Shown one piece after another: positions 14,362 to 26,307 of a stretch of 64,000 bases of DNA. The notes under the pieces are model-generated. The model was not told the origin of the DNA and searched no databases. It was given only the letters and a program-made list of their open reading frames with translations. Origin of the DNA: Lytechinus pictus (Eukaryota); assembly GCF_037042905.1 (NCBI RefSeq), contig NC_087251.1, forward strand, positions 124,001 through 188,000, written 5' to 3'. The position numbers and the translations under genes were made by a program. Positions within the stretch are counted from its first letter, which is position 1, and each line of letters starts with the position of its first letter.

Positions 14362-17300
14362 TATAAGACTGAGATCAAATAGAAGTAAATAATGCCCTAA
14401 TTTGAAACGATGCAATGCCGTTATGGTTCCGATTTCTTCACAAACTTACAGAGCAGTATTGTTACTCCATGGATCATAGTGATACTGTTTATGTTTTTTG
14501 TATCTGTATGTTAATGAGCCGCCAGCCAATATCCATCTATGGATACTATGCCTGTTTCTTTGAGGTAAAAAAAAGCATAGTATGTACGTATTCATTATGC
14601 TTTATAATGAACAGACATATTGTTATTTGTTTGTTGTTTATGTGTTCTATTCACAAATGGCCACAGAGGCTGTTTTCATTCATAACCACATACCCATATC
14701 AAGACAACAAAGACTATACCTGCGTGTACACAGTTGACATTGGTTTTTTTCTGAAGAGGTGTAACAGCAAAATTCACAGAGATAAATAAATACGTAGTGT
14801 GGTTCAATATGCAATACTATGTGTCAGTCCATTCTGTATTCGTGTGCCACGGTGTGCAGATCTTGTCGATGTATGTCTGTCCATTCAAGGCGTAGTATGT
14901 GTGTGGTGCGCGCACCCGTGTGTGTGTGTGTGGGGGGGTGAGTATGTGTGTGTGTGCGTGCGCGCTTGTGTGTGTTATTTTACCTCATTAAGTATGCATC
15001 AGATTGCACGATTTCAAGTTCAAAATTGCAAAAGCTCCCTACCGTGGGAGGGGGGACACCTCCCTCCCACACCCTCCCCCCGCTCGGTCGCTTCGCTCCC
15101 TCGCTCGGGTGCTTCGCGCCCTCACTAGCGTTGGCAGCCCAGTCATCCCCCCCAGGTGTACGAACCTGTCTACGCCACTGCTTAGGCGGCAGACATCACA
15201 CATGGTAAAATGTATGTGAGCGAGGGGACGGAGCGAGAAAAAAAACTAACCTTTGTACATTTAAAACAAAAATAATTTCATGATAGAGACATATTAAAAT
15301 AATGATATAGTTACCTGTGTACACATAATCCATAATTTTTCTATAAGCGATTTACATTGCAATAATTATTATTACCACGGTCATCTGATCCTGGCATTCT
15401 CAACGTATGTTTTTCTCCACTCCCTGGGACAGGGGCAGCAGAAAATTATTATGGGGGGGGGGGTCAACGCCAAAAAGGCACCCATTTATCAAAATGAGTT
15501 TTTTGGTGCAAACAGATACATGTATTTTCAAAATGAGATTATGAATATTGAATATTAATAATTATTGATTATTAAATTATTATTTCTTGAAACCATATTG
15601 ACACAAAAACAAATACGTTGTTTATTTCCTTGAAACTGTAGAGAAATGAGATTCAATGTTGAACGATATATGATTAAAAAGAAGTTAAAAAAATTTCCCC
15701 TTTGTTTTGTCAATCTGACCCAAAACAAATATAAAATTTAGAAGAGAGATAGAGAGAAGAAGAAGTCCCACCACCAAGAATAAACTTAGACAAGGGGGGA
15801 AAGGGAAAGGAAAAGATGGAGTAAATGTGATATTATTTTTTAAACAATCTATTGCAAAATTAGCTTTTCTTATAGAAAGAGGGGGACAAATTTTGTTCAC
15901 TCGCTCGCTTCAATCGCTTTCTTCTTTTTTTTGACAGAAATTTTGCTCTATATATGCCATGCTTGGCCCCTCAAAGTTTCTGGCTCATCATGCCATTGAC
16001 ATAACCCATTTGGATATGACAAAATTGGAGACTGTGTTCAAGTTTACCAAATCTTTTCAGAATATCATTAAGACTTAAAACATTCTTGTTGGCCAAAGAA
16101 AATAATACAAGGAAAATCCTAATGGAATAGAAATCAACCTTGTTATCGTTCTTTAGAGTTAGCTATGTTTAAAGTATGAAAATTGTTGTCAAAATTGCAG
16201 TCAGATGTAAAAATTATTCTTGTCATCAAAGCACTATTATCTTGATCATGACCATTATTATTTACTGTCATTATCATCATATGATTACAACACATTACCA
16301 ATACATAATGCTATTTTTCACAACTGATGTATTCTTTGTTTGAATTTCATGATAACGGTGACAATTACAATTGATGGCACTGCTAGTACACTTACTACTG
16401 CTGCTGCTACTGTTACTGGTGATTGGTAGTATTGACCATTAGTGTTATTAAATATATATATATAAAAAAAACAATTGAAACATAATTACTTATTTAAAAC
16501 AAATGAAAGTACAAAATACAAAATGCCTTGAAAAAAGCCTTGAAAATGCCTTAAAATTTCAAGGCTCAAAATCCTCAAGGCCAAGGCTTTGAAAAAGTAG
16601 CTAGGCATTAAGGCACCTTAAGGCCAAGGCCGAGCATCAAGGCACTACAACACTGATTAGTACTAGGCATTAATTAGACAGGAGGAGGATTAAGGATTTC
16701 GTAGCTGAAAAAAATTTGACAAGAAAAAAAAAAGATCTTCACGTTCAAAAGAGGGGACATACGTCTTTTTTCGTTGCATTTTGACATTACAAATTATTAA
16801 TTTGGCTTCTCAAGGGGGGGGGGCACGTCCCCTGGATCAGTTGTGACTCGTCAGGGGGGCAGTCTGCCCCCCCCCCCCTTTGGTACACTAGTGGTTCCAT
16901 GCTGCTAGCGCGTAGATCAGAGTCTAGATCTAGAGACTAGACTAGAACTAAGATATTTATTTTAGATCTAGGACTGGTTCTGTATACGGACTAGACATAT
17001 TAAACCATGGTAAATAAGCTAATATTGGTCCAAACCTAATCAAACGTAAAGTTCGGAATTAACAAGTTCGAAGTTAACCATGGCATTAGTCGGCTATTCC
17101 TAATAGTATTAGGCATTAGACAGGTCCAGAATTGAGGTAAAGTTAATGCGCTAGCCTAAGCTAGCCCTACCCTAGCACATGTCTTGCCATTAATGGCAGC
17201 TAGTTTGATAAGTGTTTAAGAATTGGATGTATATATATATATATAGATCTAAGCCTATAAGGCCTATGTAACTATGTAAGGGTACCGGTAATTTGACGAT

Positions 17301-20300
17301 GCTAATTCATTCTGAGCAACGTGAATGCTTACGATCGGCACTGGTCGAGACCAAGTCCACGCGCATGCGTACTCTCAATCCGAAGACGCAAGTCATGAAT
17401 ATTCATATGTTGGTCCAGAACTCGGTGGGAAAAATAATTTCGCGCGCGGCGAGGGGAAACTCCCCCTCCCTGCACCCACCCCCTAGGGAGCGCGCTTCGC
17501 GCGCTCTGTAAGTGTTGGCACGCTTCGCGTGCATTTACCGCCCCTCCAAAATGAAATCCTGGCTACGCGGTTGTTCATGACTGAGGGGAAGGGGAAGTCA
17601 TATTTCACATGGGGGCCAAAAATTCATATTAAACCGAGGGCGCCAAATTGATCTTAAACTTTGGGGGCGCCATGCAAATTCATGTTCGGGGGCGCAACAT
17701 TGCTCGTATTGCCTATTTATAGTGAAATACATGCCCTGCCCAAAAAGGTTAAATTAATGCGGCTTAATCAAAATTTCCCATTAGATAGGTAAATAGATAA
17801 ATTTTATTTTCACACGGTAAAAAAACCCAAACAGATAAAGAGTCTGATTTGCATTGGTGCCGTGCCGTGAATAAAATGTACAAAGTAAAAGGCACCCAAT
17901 CTTGATACACATGAATAACACATAAAACATAATCATCTTAATTCTTACCAGGTGATGATACAAAAAGGTAAGTTTATACAAATAATTACAAATTATAATC
18001 AAATGATAAGTTGAAAAAATACAGATTATCTTCAGTATGAATGCATAATGCGGAAAATATAACATTATTATAGTGTGAAATATTACTCAGATACATAAAT
18101 ATAAATTGATTAATTTGAATTATTGAAATAAACCCTGTATAACAACACTGCACACTCACACATATACACACCATACACCCTTCCAAACACCCGTCATCAT
18201 TACGTCACACCCCTATTTTATAACGCATACAGGTATAATGGGTGGAAAATTATGTAAAGGATTTTTTTTTTAATCCAAACTAAGGCGAGATACCCCTCCC
18301 CCACCAACCCATCCCTTTGTGATTCATTTCCTTAAATTAGCTAAAGCCCTTTTGAAACTGGAAGTGGCAGTGGATCCTTCTCTGGTGAGAAGTTAAACCA
18401 AAATGAAACCCCCAAATGCTAAATACAGAAAATCACTCGCGCTTCGCATTTAATTTTTTTAAAGTGATATTGCATATATTCATGTGTTTTTATCTTCATG
18501 AACACATTAAAAAAGTGGTCTTCATTTGCCTTTTTTACATGTGATTATGTAATTAGATAATTCAAAATGCATTTAAGGCACTTATGTTTGCCTGGCGGGG
18601 AGGGAGGGGGCGCAAATTTTCGAAAAGTACAGAGGGGCGCCAAAATCAGGTCATATTTGGGCCCCCCCCCCCTCCCCACGAAATCCTGGATCCGCGCCTG
18701 CACTGTAGCTGACTTAGCATTTCCGTTGACACTAGTAGTGCGATGATGGTCTCCCATGGTGGATCTAACATATCGTCGCTGCACCAGCTCCAGCTTTCGG
18801 GTGCTTTCCTTGGTGAAGAGGTCACATTATTTTATTTACTCGTCTTCATCTTCTTTTTTTTTCTCCTCTCTTTTCCCTTCATTTTTTTTCTTTCTTCCCC
18901 CTTTTTGCTACGCCAATAGGGGGGCGGACCCCTCGACCCCACCCCCCCCCCCACTGGATCCGCCTATGTGTGTCTACCTAGAAAAAGATTAGAGCATGAG
19001 AAGGGTCTCCCCTGCCCGGCTCATTCCAAGATGGGGGGGGGGGAGGGGGCTTTCACCACCAATAAAAAAGAGAAAAAAATAGAGAAGGGTCCTGGCCATT
19101 TTAAAATTGTTATTTTGTTCGTTAATGGATGATTGTATGATATTTATTCATGATGTTCATGTACTATGCTGATTTGAAATGGTCAAATAAATTAAATGAA
19201 TTGAAAAAAAGGTGAAATATATCATTCTGTCAAAATCTAACACAAAGTTTGATTTTGCTAATAAAAAGGTCGTAAATTTTGCTCGCTCACTTCCCTTGCA
19301 AGCTATCGCACGGTTAATAAATGGTAATAAAAATTTTGGAATCAAGCATTATTTTAAATAAAGAGCTTTGTTATTTCTTGACAATATTTCTGATATTGAG
19401 GTATCAAATTAAAGAGCAGATATTGACTTTTTTAAGAGAGAGGTGTGATTATCTTTTTAAAACTGAGATATCCTTTATTCACAGGTGAAAGATGTGATCT
19501 AAGCTTTACAAAGTTTATTTGTGATTACATTAAGATTAATCATCGATAATTCTCGCTTTGGTTATTTTTCCGGGGCGCACTCTATATTCTAACAATTGTT
19601 AGTGTCTGTGTGTGTGGGGGGAGGGGTGTCCTTGCATGTGTGTGTGTATATATAAAAGGACAATGGTAAACTCAATTCTGCCCCCCCCCCCCCACACACA
19701 CCTTTGAGGAGAGATTTTAGCAAATTTCAGCACCCCTACTGAAAAACTCGTTCCCAGGGTTCTGCAAGGTTTCACTCACAAAGACAAGCTTTTGCAATTA
19801 TTTGCTGCAACTTGCAAGAACAAAATGGTATACATGTAATCGTAAAGAAAGGTTAATAATGATTCATATTAATGAGAGTCCACGTATCTAACCCCCGATC
19901 TAACCAAAACCTCATGAAAACTACCAATTAAAAAAAAGTGGAACTCGTTTGACAGTCTCGCCTGCATTAGGTTATCCAATATTGCAGCAACGCTGACTGT
20001 GAAAACAACCAAGATGAATAATTATTCACATAAAACACAATTCATATGAAAATGACCTACTAGATTAATTTACCCTAAATTACCGTTGACCTTTATCATG
20101 CTTCCTGAAAGTCGTACATAATGATCAATGATACCTGATTGCCCTTATATCCGAGTTGCATAAAGAGGGCCATGTACATTCAAAGTTATGATGACATTTC
20201 AACAACTTAACGTTGGTTAAGATTATACCCACCAAAATTCATTGACCCTAAATGAACTATGACTTATCATGTGAGCTGAAACTCATGCAAGACAATCAGT

Positions 20301-20319
20301 GGCACGTGATTCAGTGGCA

Positions 20320-22022
20320 CAGTGCGTCCCAAAAAAAAATTATACACTTTTGAAATGGCTGCCAAATAAAAAATATATCACTTTGGGGGGAAAGACTTAT
20401 ATATATATATATATAGAAAGCAAATAAAGTCAACTTTCAAATGACACCAAAAAGTTGGAAAACTTGTTATGCTTGAGCGAGCACTGCCCACTGAAACAAA
20501 GGGTATGAAAATTAGGCTGGGCTGGAATTGACCTTCTAATTTCTTTCATTTTTTTGTTTGGAACTTGCAAAGTTGAGGGTTTTGTGGTGAATTAATGATC
20601 AATTGTGATCAGTTTGGTGTTTGAGAAAATTTCATGCGTAATTAAATTGAAATTTAATGAATGAGTGATCATGAATTGCAATTTTTAGTGCAGCATTTTG
20701 ACTTTATCATGTGGATCTCAGCAATGTGTTCATGAGAGTCAGGAGAATATGGGGTAAGATAGGACTGAGGTAGGTGAAGTACGTTGATGGGATAAAGGTC
20801 AACAGAACATTTAGCAACCCCTCCCTCCATCTCTACCCCCCCCCCATTTCTCTCCTCCTGAGAGACTAAACTCGGCTAGGCTGGGCATGAATTAGCCTTA
20901 CAGTTTTTTTGAGTGGTTAGTCATTTGGAACTTGCAAAACTAAAGGTGTTATGCTAAATTAATGAATGAGATAAGTTTTGGTTTCTTAGGCAAATTGAAT
21001 TGAAAATTGAAATTTAATGCATGAGTGAACAAGAATTGTAATTTTAGTGTAGCATATTCATCATTATTGGACCTCAGCAGTGTGCTCGTGAGAGTCAGAG
21101 TAATGTGATGGTACCTGATACATGCAAGAGGGCGAGATATGGTAAGACTTTGTTAAAAGGGCATTCCTCTTCTTTTTGTCATTTTACAAATTGAAATTCA
21201 TATGTATCCCCCCTCCACCTCCATTTCCCAGCACCCCCTCTCTCTTTTTCTCTCTGTCTCACTTCCTGGATTGTAGCCTATTCAAAACTTAACTGCCACT
21301 GAAGTGACCGGCTGATAGTCCTTTTTTTCATTGAATGATTACCAAGAAATTGACCGATTATGATGATTTATGAAATTATTTATTGAAAAACTGAATGTTT
21401 GATTGATCACATTGCACATTGAAATTGTTGATTTATTGATAAATTGTTGATTTATGATTGATAGGAAAAAGTTGATGCCCCAATTCAGAATTTATCATTA
21501 AATCATCATTCTGCTCTGGACTTCACTCTTACATGACAATAGCATTCAGTCACTCAACAGGAGGGGAGGGGGAGAGAGGGAGGGGGGGGGCTAAATGTTC
21601 TGTTGACCCTTATTCCGTCAACCTACTTCTCCCACTTAAGTCCTATCTCACCCCCTATTCTCCCGACTCCCATGAACACATTGCTGAGATCCACATGATA
21701 ATGTTAAAATGCTGCCCCCAAAAGTGTAATTTGTGTTCACTCATGCATTAAAGTTCAATTTAATAATTTATGAAACTTGCTTAAACAACCAAAACTGGTC
21801 ACGGTTGATCATTAATTTATCACAACGCCCTTAACTATGCAAGTTCCAAAAGATTTGCCTCTCAAAAACTGACAGAAATTGGAATGCTAATTCCAACTTT
21901 TTGGTGTCATTTGAAAGTTGATTTTATTGGCTTCCATAATATATAAGTGTTTTCCCCCAAAGTGATATATTTTTCTATTTGGCAGCCATTTCAAAAGTGT
22001 ATAGTTTTTTTGGGACGCACTG
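20320..22022. mobile_element. Tc1/mariner-type MITE with ~140-bp TIRs
   Basis: cagtgcgtcccaaaaaa..tatacacttttgaaatggctgcc / ggcagccatttcaaaagtgtatag..tgggacgcactg, followed by TA. Further internal inverted similarity at 20540-20800 vs 21590-21850. Confidence 0.85.
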
Positions 22023-22084
22023 TATACCCATAACCTTTAAAATTAAAACATTTCGAAAAATACTCACAACACGGTCAACTTTTA

Positions 22085-22847
22085 GGGGACATCCCGATAG
22101 TCCGCAGGTCCGATAGTCCGCGGGTCCGTGGTGTGTGTAAAATTATGATCAGGATACAGTAAGATCAAATATCATCGAGAGGTCAAAAGGTCAAATGATA
22201 CGAGACCATGGGGTTCTATAACAATAATAACCCAAAGGGCAATCGCCCCCTGACAACTACTTCAAGGAAAATATTATACCTATATTATTACCACCGCTGA
22301 CTGTTACCCCCACCCCAGGAAATTTACCCTCTAGACAATTACCCCGGACATTTACCCCTAGTACGGAGCCTTTAAGATGACATGTCGACTTGATAAGCTT
22401 ATTCTGTCGACATGGCGAGATATTTTATCTTGCCATGTCGACTTAATAGCATTATCGAAATGGCAGGATAAAGTAGGCCTATCTCGCCATTTTGAAATAT
22501 CAAGTTTATTAAGTCGACAAGGCAAGATAAAGTATCTCGCCATGTCAAGTCGATGGCATTATAAAGGCTCCGTACTAGAGGTAATTAACCGAGGAAATGG
22601 TCGAGAGGGCAAATTTCCGGGGGGGGGGGGGGTAACAGTCCCCTGTGGTAAAAATATGGGGATGATATTTTCCTTGAAGTAGTTGTCAGGGGGCGATTGC
22701 CCTTTGAGTTATTGTTATAGAATTCCATGTTCTCCTACCATTTGACCTTTTGTCCTCTCGATGATAATTTGATTTAACCATATTATCCAGATCATAATTT
22801 TACACACTCCGCGGACTAACGAACCCGCGGACTATCAGCCTGTAACC
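22085..22847. mobile_element. Palindromic MITE with 8-9 bp TSD ((c)aactttta)
   Basis: Arms gatagtccgc..gtgtgtaaaattatgatc..atcatcgagaggtcaaaaggtcaaatg are mirrored at 22600-22847; caactttta at 22076 and 22847. Confidence 0.8.
22362..22574. mobile_element. Small palindromic MITE flanked by CTAG
   Basis: tacggagccttta / taaaggctccgta termini, ctag on both sides, internal catgtcgactt repeats in inverted arrangement. Confidence 0.8.
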
Positions 22848-24865
22848 AACTTTTATGACTGTAACCCTAAATGACCTTTGGTACTAATTATGTGACATGA
22901 AACTCGTGCAAGACAATCAGTAATACTTTATTATACTTGTGTCGAATTTCCATGAACAAGAACCATATACTTGCAAAGATATCATTTCAAAAACTCAACT
23001 TTTTTAAAGATTTCAATGTTGACGACGCCACCGCCACCATCGGAAAAGCGGCGCCTAAAGTCTCGCACTTCTATATGCAGGCGAGACAAAAACTTGTGAA
23101 GTATTAACAGTTTCTCGACTAAAAAGAGTAATTACATAATAGTTTACCTTTGTGCAAATATATCAAATTAAATGCATCTCTCATGCAAATGCGTTTACGC
23201 TGTGGACGTCCAATAATTCTGTGCAGTGTAAACTATTTTAAACAGTAAAATCCTCAACAATAATAAGTCTTGCAATAAACTGCAAATAAGCAATTGGTAG
23301 CCAGTGTGATTATATCATGCATAAATTAACGTTGACTATAAAATTAAAATAGATCTGCAATGGCAAGTTTGTAAGTGATATTTATGATAAATTCAATTTC
23401 TTGCAACGCATATAAGTCAGAGAAAGGATATCCTGAAGGCGAACAGTCAACCTGCCCAAAACGTCGAGTCTTCTATCCTGCTCCTGCTCAATAACTCCCC
23501 ACTCGTCGACTCAAGCCAGCCTTCTCTCACCTCTCCAACCCAAGCCTCTAATCTTACCGACTATACTCAGGCTTTTCTTCTCTTTCTGGTTTACAGTCCT
23601 GTTAATGACTTCACTCATTCCCAAAATATATTCTTATTTCTAATCTACACTTTCTCGGCACTCAATTTCACTTCAACCTCTATCCACGTCTCTTAGTCCT
23701 TTCCATGACTTTACACAAGGTGTACCATAAACCACTTCCGCGACTGTACATACCACCATAAAACCTTCAAACATCATCCAAAATCAAGCTTAACACAAGA
23801 GATTTATTAAACTTTGTATCTTTGTAACAGTCATGGTCTAAATTCATAATGAAAGTTTAAAGCAGTGTATGCTTTAAATATCCATAAGTATCATAATTAA
23901 GCCTAAATAAGCATATGCCACCAAGATCGTACCTACCAATAAACACAATGAGGCATACCAAATTTTGTACTCTCTTGTATTATACTTCAAGTGGATTTAA
24001 GCCACCCTAAAGGGTAAATCTTATAGATTTAAGTCAATATTTTCAAACTTAATAATATTCCTTTTATGTCAAAAGAAATTAAATCAAAGATGAGTCATTC
24101 ATTACTGATGAATAAGTATGCATACTGCATAGTAAACCAATAGGTAGCCAGAGATTGGGGAAATCTATTTTTAGAGCTCGTATTTTGTTGGCTCAAGATG
24201 CTTTTGATTTCATATGTAACACAAAAACATATTTGAATTGTTCACGTCATATACATCATGAAATTGAAGTGCTGTGTAATAGTGTGCATCTTTTTCACAA
24301 ATTAAATTTTCAACTCATGATTCTAAGCAATAAATTAATGAGAAAATGTGTTTTGGCATTCAAGAACTTTGATATAATATATCTTCTGGTATATTCACAC
24401 ATGTGGTATTACCCAAAGATCACTTGTACCAAGTGTAAACATAACTGATGCAGAAATAAAGAAATGAGAGCAGTTTGAAAAAAAAAGACCTTTTGACCCT
24501 AGATGACCTTTGTCCACATCATTCTCAACAATATATATGTGGTACAGTGTATTACCCAAGGATCACTTGTACCAAGTGCTAACATAAAGAAATGAGGGCA
24601 TGTTGTCCAAAAAAAGGATGTACATGACCTTGTATCAGTTTACCTTTTGACCCCTAGATGACCTTTGACCCATCATTCTTAATGACCTTTGACCCCACCA
24701 TCCTCAACAACGCATATGTGGTATTACCCAAGTATCATTTTAAGCAAGTGTGATCAAAATTGATGCAGAAATGAAGAAATAAGAGCAGGTTAAACAAAAA
24801 CTTTAACATTTTTGAAAAGACTGACAGAATACCAGACCAATAGGAAAAGTTATTACTATACTTAA

Positions 24866-25468
24866 AGGTCAAGTCCACCTCAGAAAAATGTTAATTTGAA
24901 TCAATAGAGAAAAATCAGACAAGCACAATGCTGAAAATTTTATCAAAATCGGATGTAAAATAAGAAAGTTATGACATTTCAAAGTTTCGCTTATTTTTAA
25001 CAAAATAGTTATATGAACGAGCCAGTTATATCCAAATGAGAGAGTCGATGATGTCACTCACTCACTATTTCTTTTGTTTTTTATTGTTTGGATTATACAA
25101 TATTTCAATTTTTACGAATTTGATGATTAGGACCTCCTTGCCTGAAGCACAAAATGTTAAAATAATGGAATTCCACGTGTTCAGGGAGGAATGAAACTTC
25201 ATTTCACATGACAATGACGAGAAAATAAAAATATTTCATATTTCATATAATAAAATACAAAAGAAATAGTGAGTGAGTGATGTCATCAGTTCCCTCATTT
25301 GCATACCGACCGAGATGTGCATATAACTGTTTTGTGAAATGAAGCGAAACTTTAAAATGTCATAACTTTCTTATTTTACATCCGATTTTGATGAAATTTT
25401 CAGTGTTATGCTTGTTGAATTTTTCTCTTTTTATTCAAAACAAGTTTTTGTTGGGGTGGACTTGTCCT
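24866..25468. mobile_element. TTAA-flanked MITE (Kolobok/piggyBac-like)
   Basis: ttaa-aggtcaagtccacc ... ggtggacttgtcct-ttaa with long internal inverted symmetry. Confidence 0.9.
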
Positions 25469-26206
25469 TTAAGTCTCTTCCGAACTTCGAGACAAAAATT
25501 AAGATTAGTTTCAGGGAATATATCTATTTGTGAAGTTATGTATTACAATTCCAGCCAGTCGAGTTATATTAAATATATGATTTTTTGATTCCCCCATAAA
25601 CATTAGCCATGTGTCTGCTACGAGTATTCGACCAGAGGCATCGAAAAGTAATTTTCATTACAAAAGCATATTTCCTGTTGTACCTGGCCGAAAAGTCTGT
25701 AGTTAAGGAGGAATCTTTTGTTTACAATTTACAAATCCAATGAAGAACATGTCTTTTCCTTGCAGCATTAGAATGGCTTAAGAGGGAATGCGTTGGATGG
25801 TTCTCCATCTCTTAAAACTCGATATAATCAATGCATATTTTACTTCTCCATATCATATGCTCTTTCTTTGATACTTTAATACCATAAAGAGACAAGATTA
25901 TAAGATAAGATATTTATTCGTCTATCTTTCTGCACATACATTTTGTCTTACAAGTGTGATTTCACATTCTACAAATGCAAATCAATTAATTATAAACCAT
26001 TGACATGTTACAGTAGAAAAAGAAACACAGCAAATAACGAATTACGTATTGAAATAACACATCCTTTGTGACATTTGAACATTCTATACTTTTCTGCAGT
26101 AAATCATCAATAGAGATATGCTTTATTTGCAGAAATAGTTTCATGTTATCAATGAAAAAAATATTCATAACAATATACCCATTACACAACTTTGTCTTTT
26201 TTAGTG

Positions 26207-26307
26207 AATTCCAGTAATTAGCCCTTTCATTCATCGTTAGCAGCTCTTCAGTAATAGGGAATTCCAGTAATTAGCCCTTTCATTCATTGTTAGCAGCTCT
26301 TCAGTAA
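26207..26307. repeat. Local tandem duplication of ~52 bp
   Basis: gaattccagtaattagccctttcattcat(c/t)gttagcagctcttcagtaa occurs twice. Confidence 0.9.

Larger units (their letters stand above)
13007..15180. mobile_element. hAT-type non-autonomous element
   Basis: TIR caggggcgtagaca / tgtctacgccactg with a perfect 8-bp TSD cttaggcg (12999-13006 and 15181-15188). Confidence 0.9.
12829..16655. mobile_element. TIR element with (CCAAGG)n subterminal repeats
   Basis: Ends cagtgttgtagt / actacaacactg; aaggccaaggc arrays at 12855-12960 and 16560-16640. It splits a third copy of the arm sequence (ggctatt ... attagtactaggcatt). Confidence 0.75.
11429..17443. mobile_element. Element with ~750-bp near-perfect terminal inverted repeats (Mutator/foldback-like)
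   Basis: 11429-12175 is the reverse complement of 16689-17443, hence the mirror ORFs at 11388- and 17293+. Flanks gcgcgggag / gcgcggcgag resemble a 9-10 bp TSD. Confidence 0.75.
10128..17573. mobile_element. hAT-like non-autonomous element (outer shell of nested composite)
   Basis: Ends caggcgcgtagccagg / cctggctacgcggttg. The 8-bp flanks tttcagac / ttcatgac match only 5/8. It interrupts the 30-bp tandem array. Confidence 0.6.
19935..23092 (-). mobile_element. Helentron-associated (HINE/DINE-like) element hosting nested MITEs
   Basis: Subterminal inverted repeats gtctcgcctgcat (19955) / atgcaggcgagac (23075), A-run ends and internal gacctttga repeats; same architecture as 29962-30919. Confidence 0.65.

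Noticed and set aside
13033..14415. Poly-Ile / poly-Asn membrane-like ORFs
   Set aside because: These are translations of AAT/ATT microsatellites.
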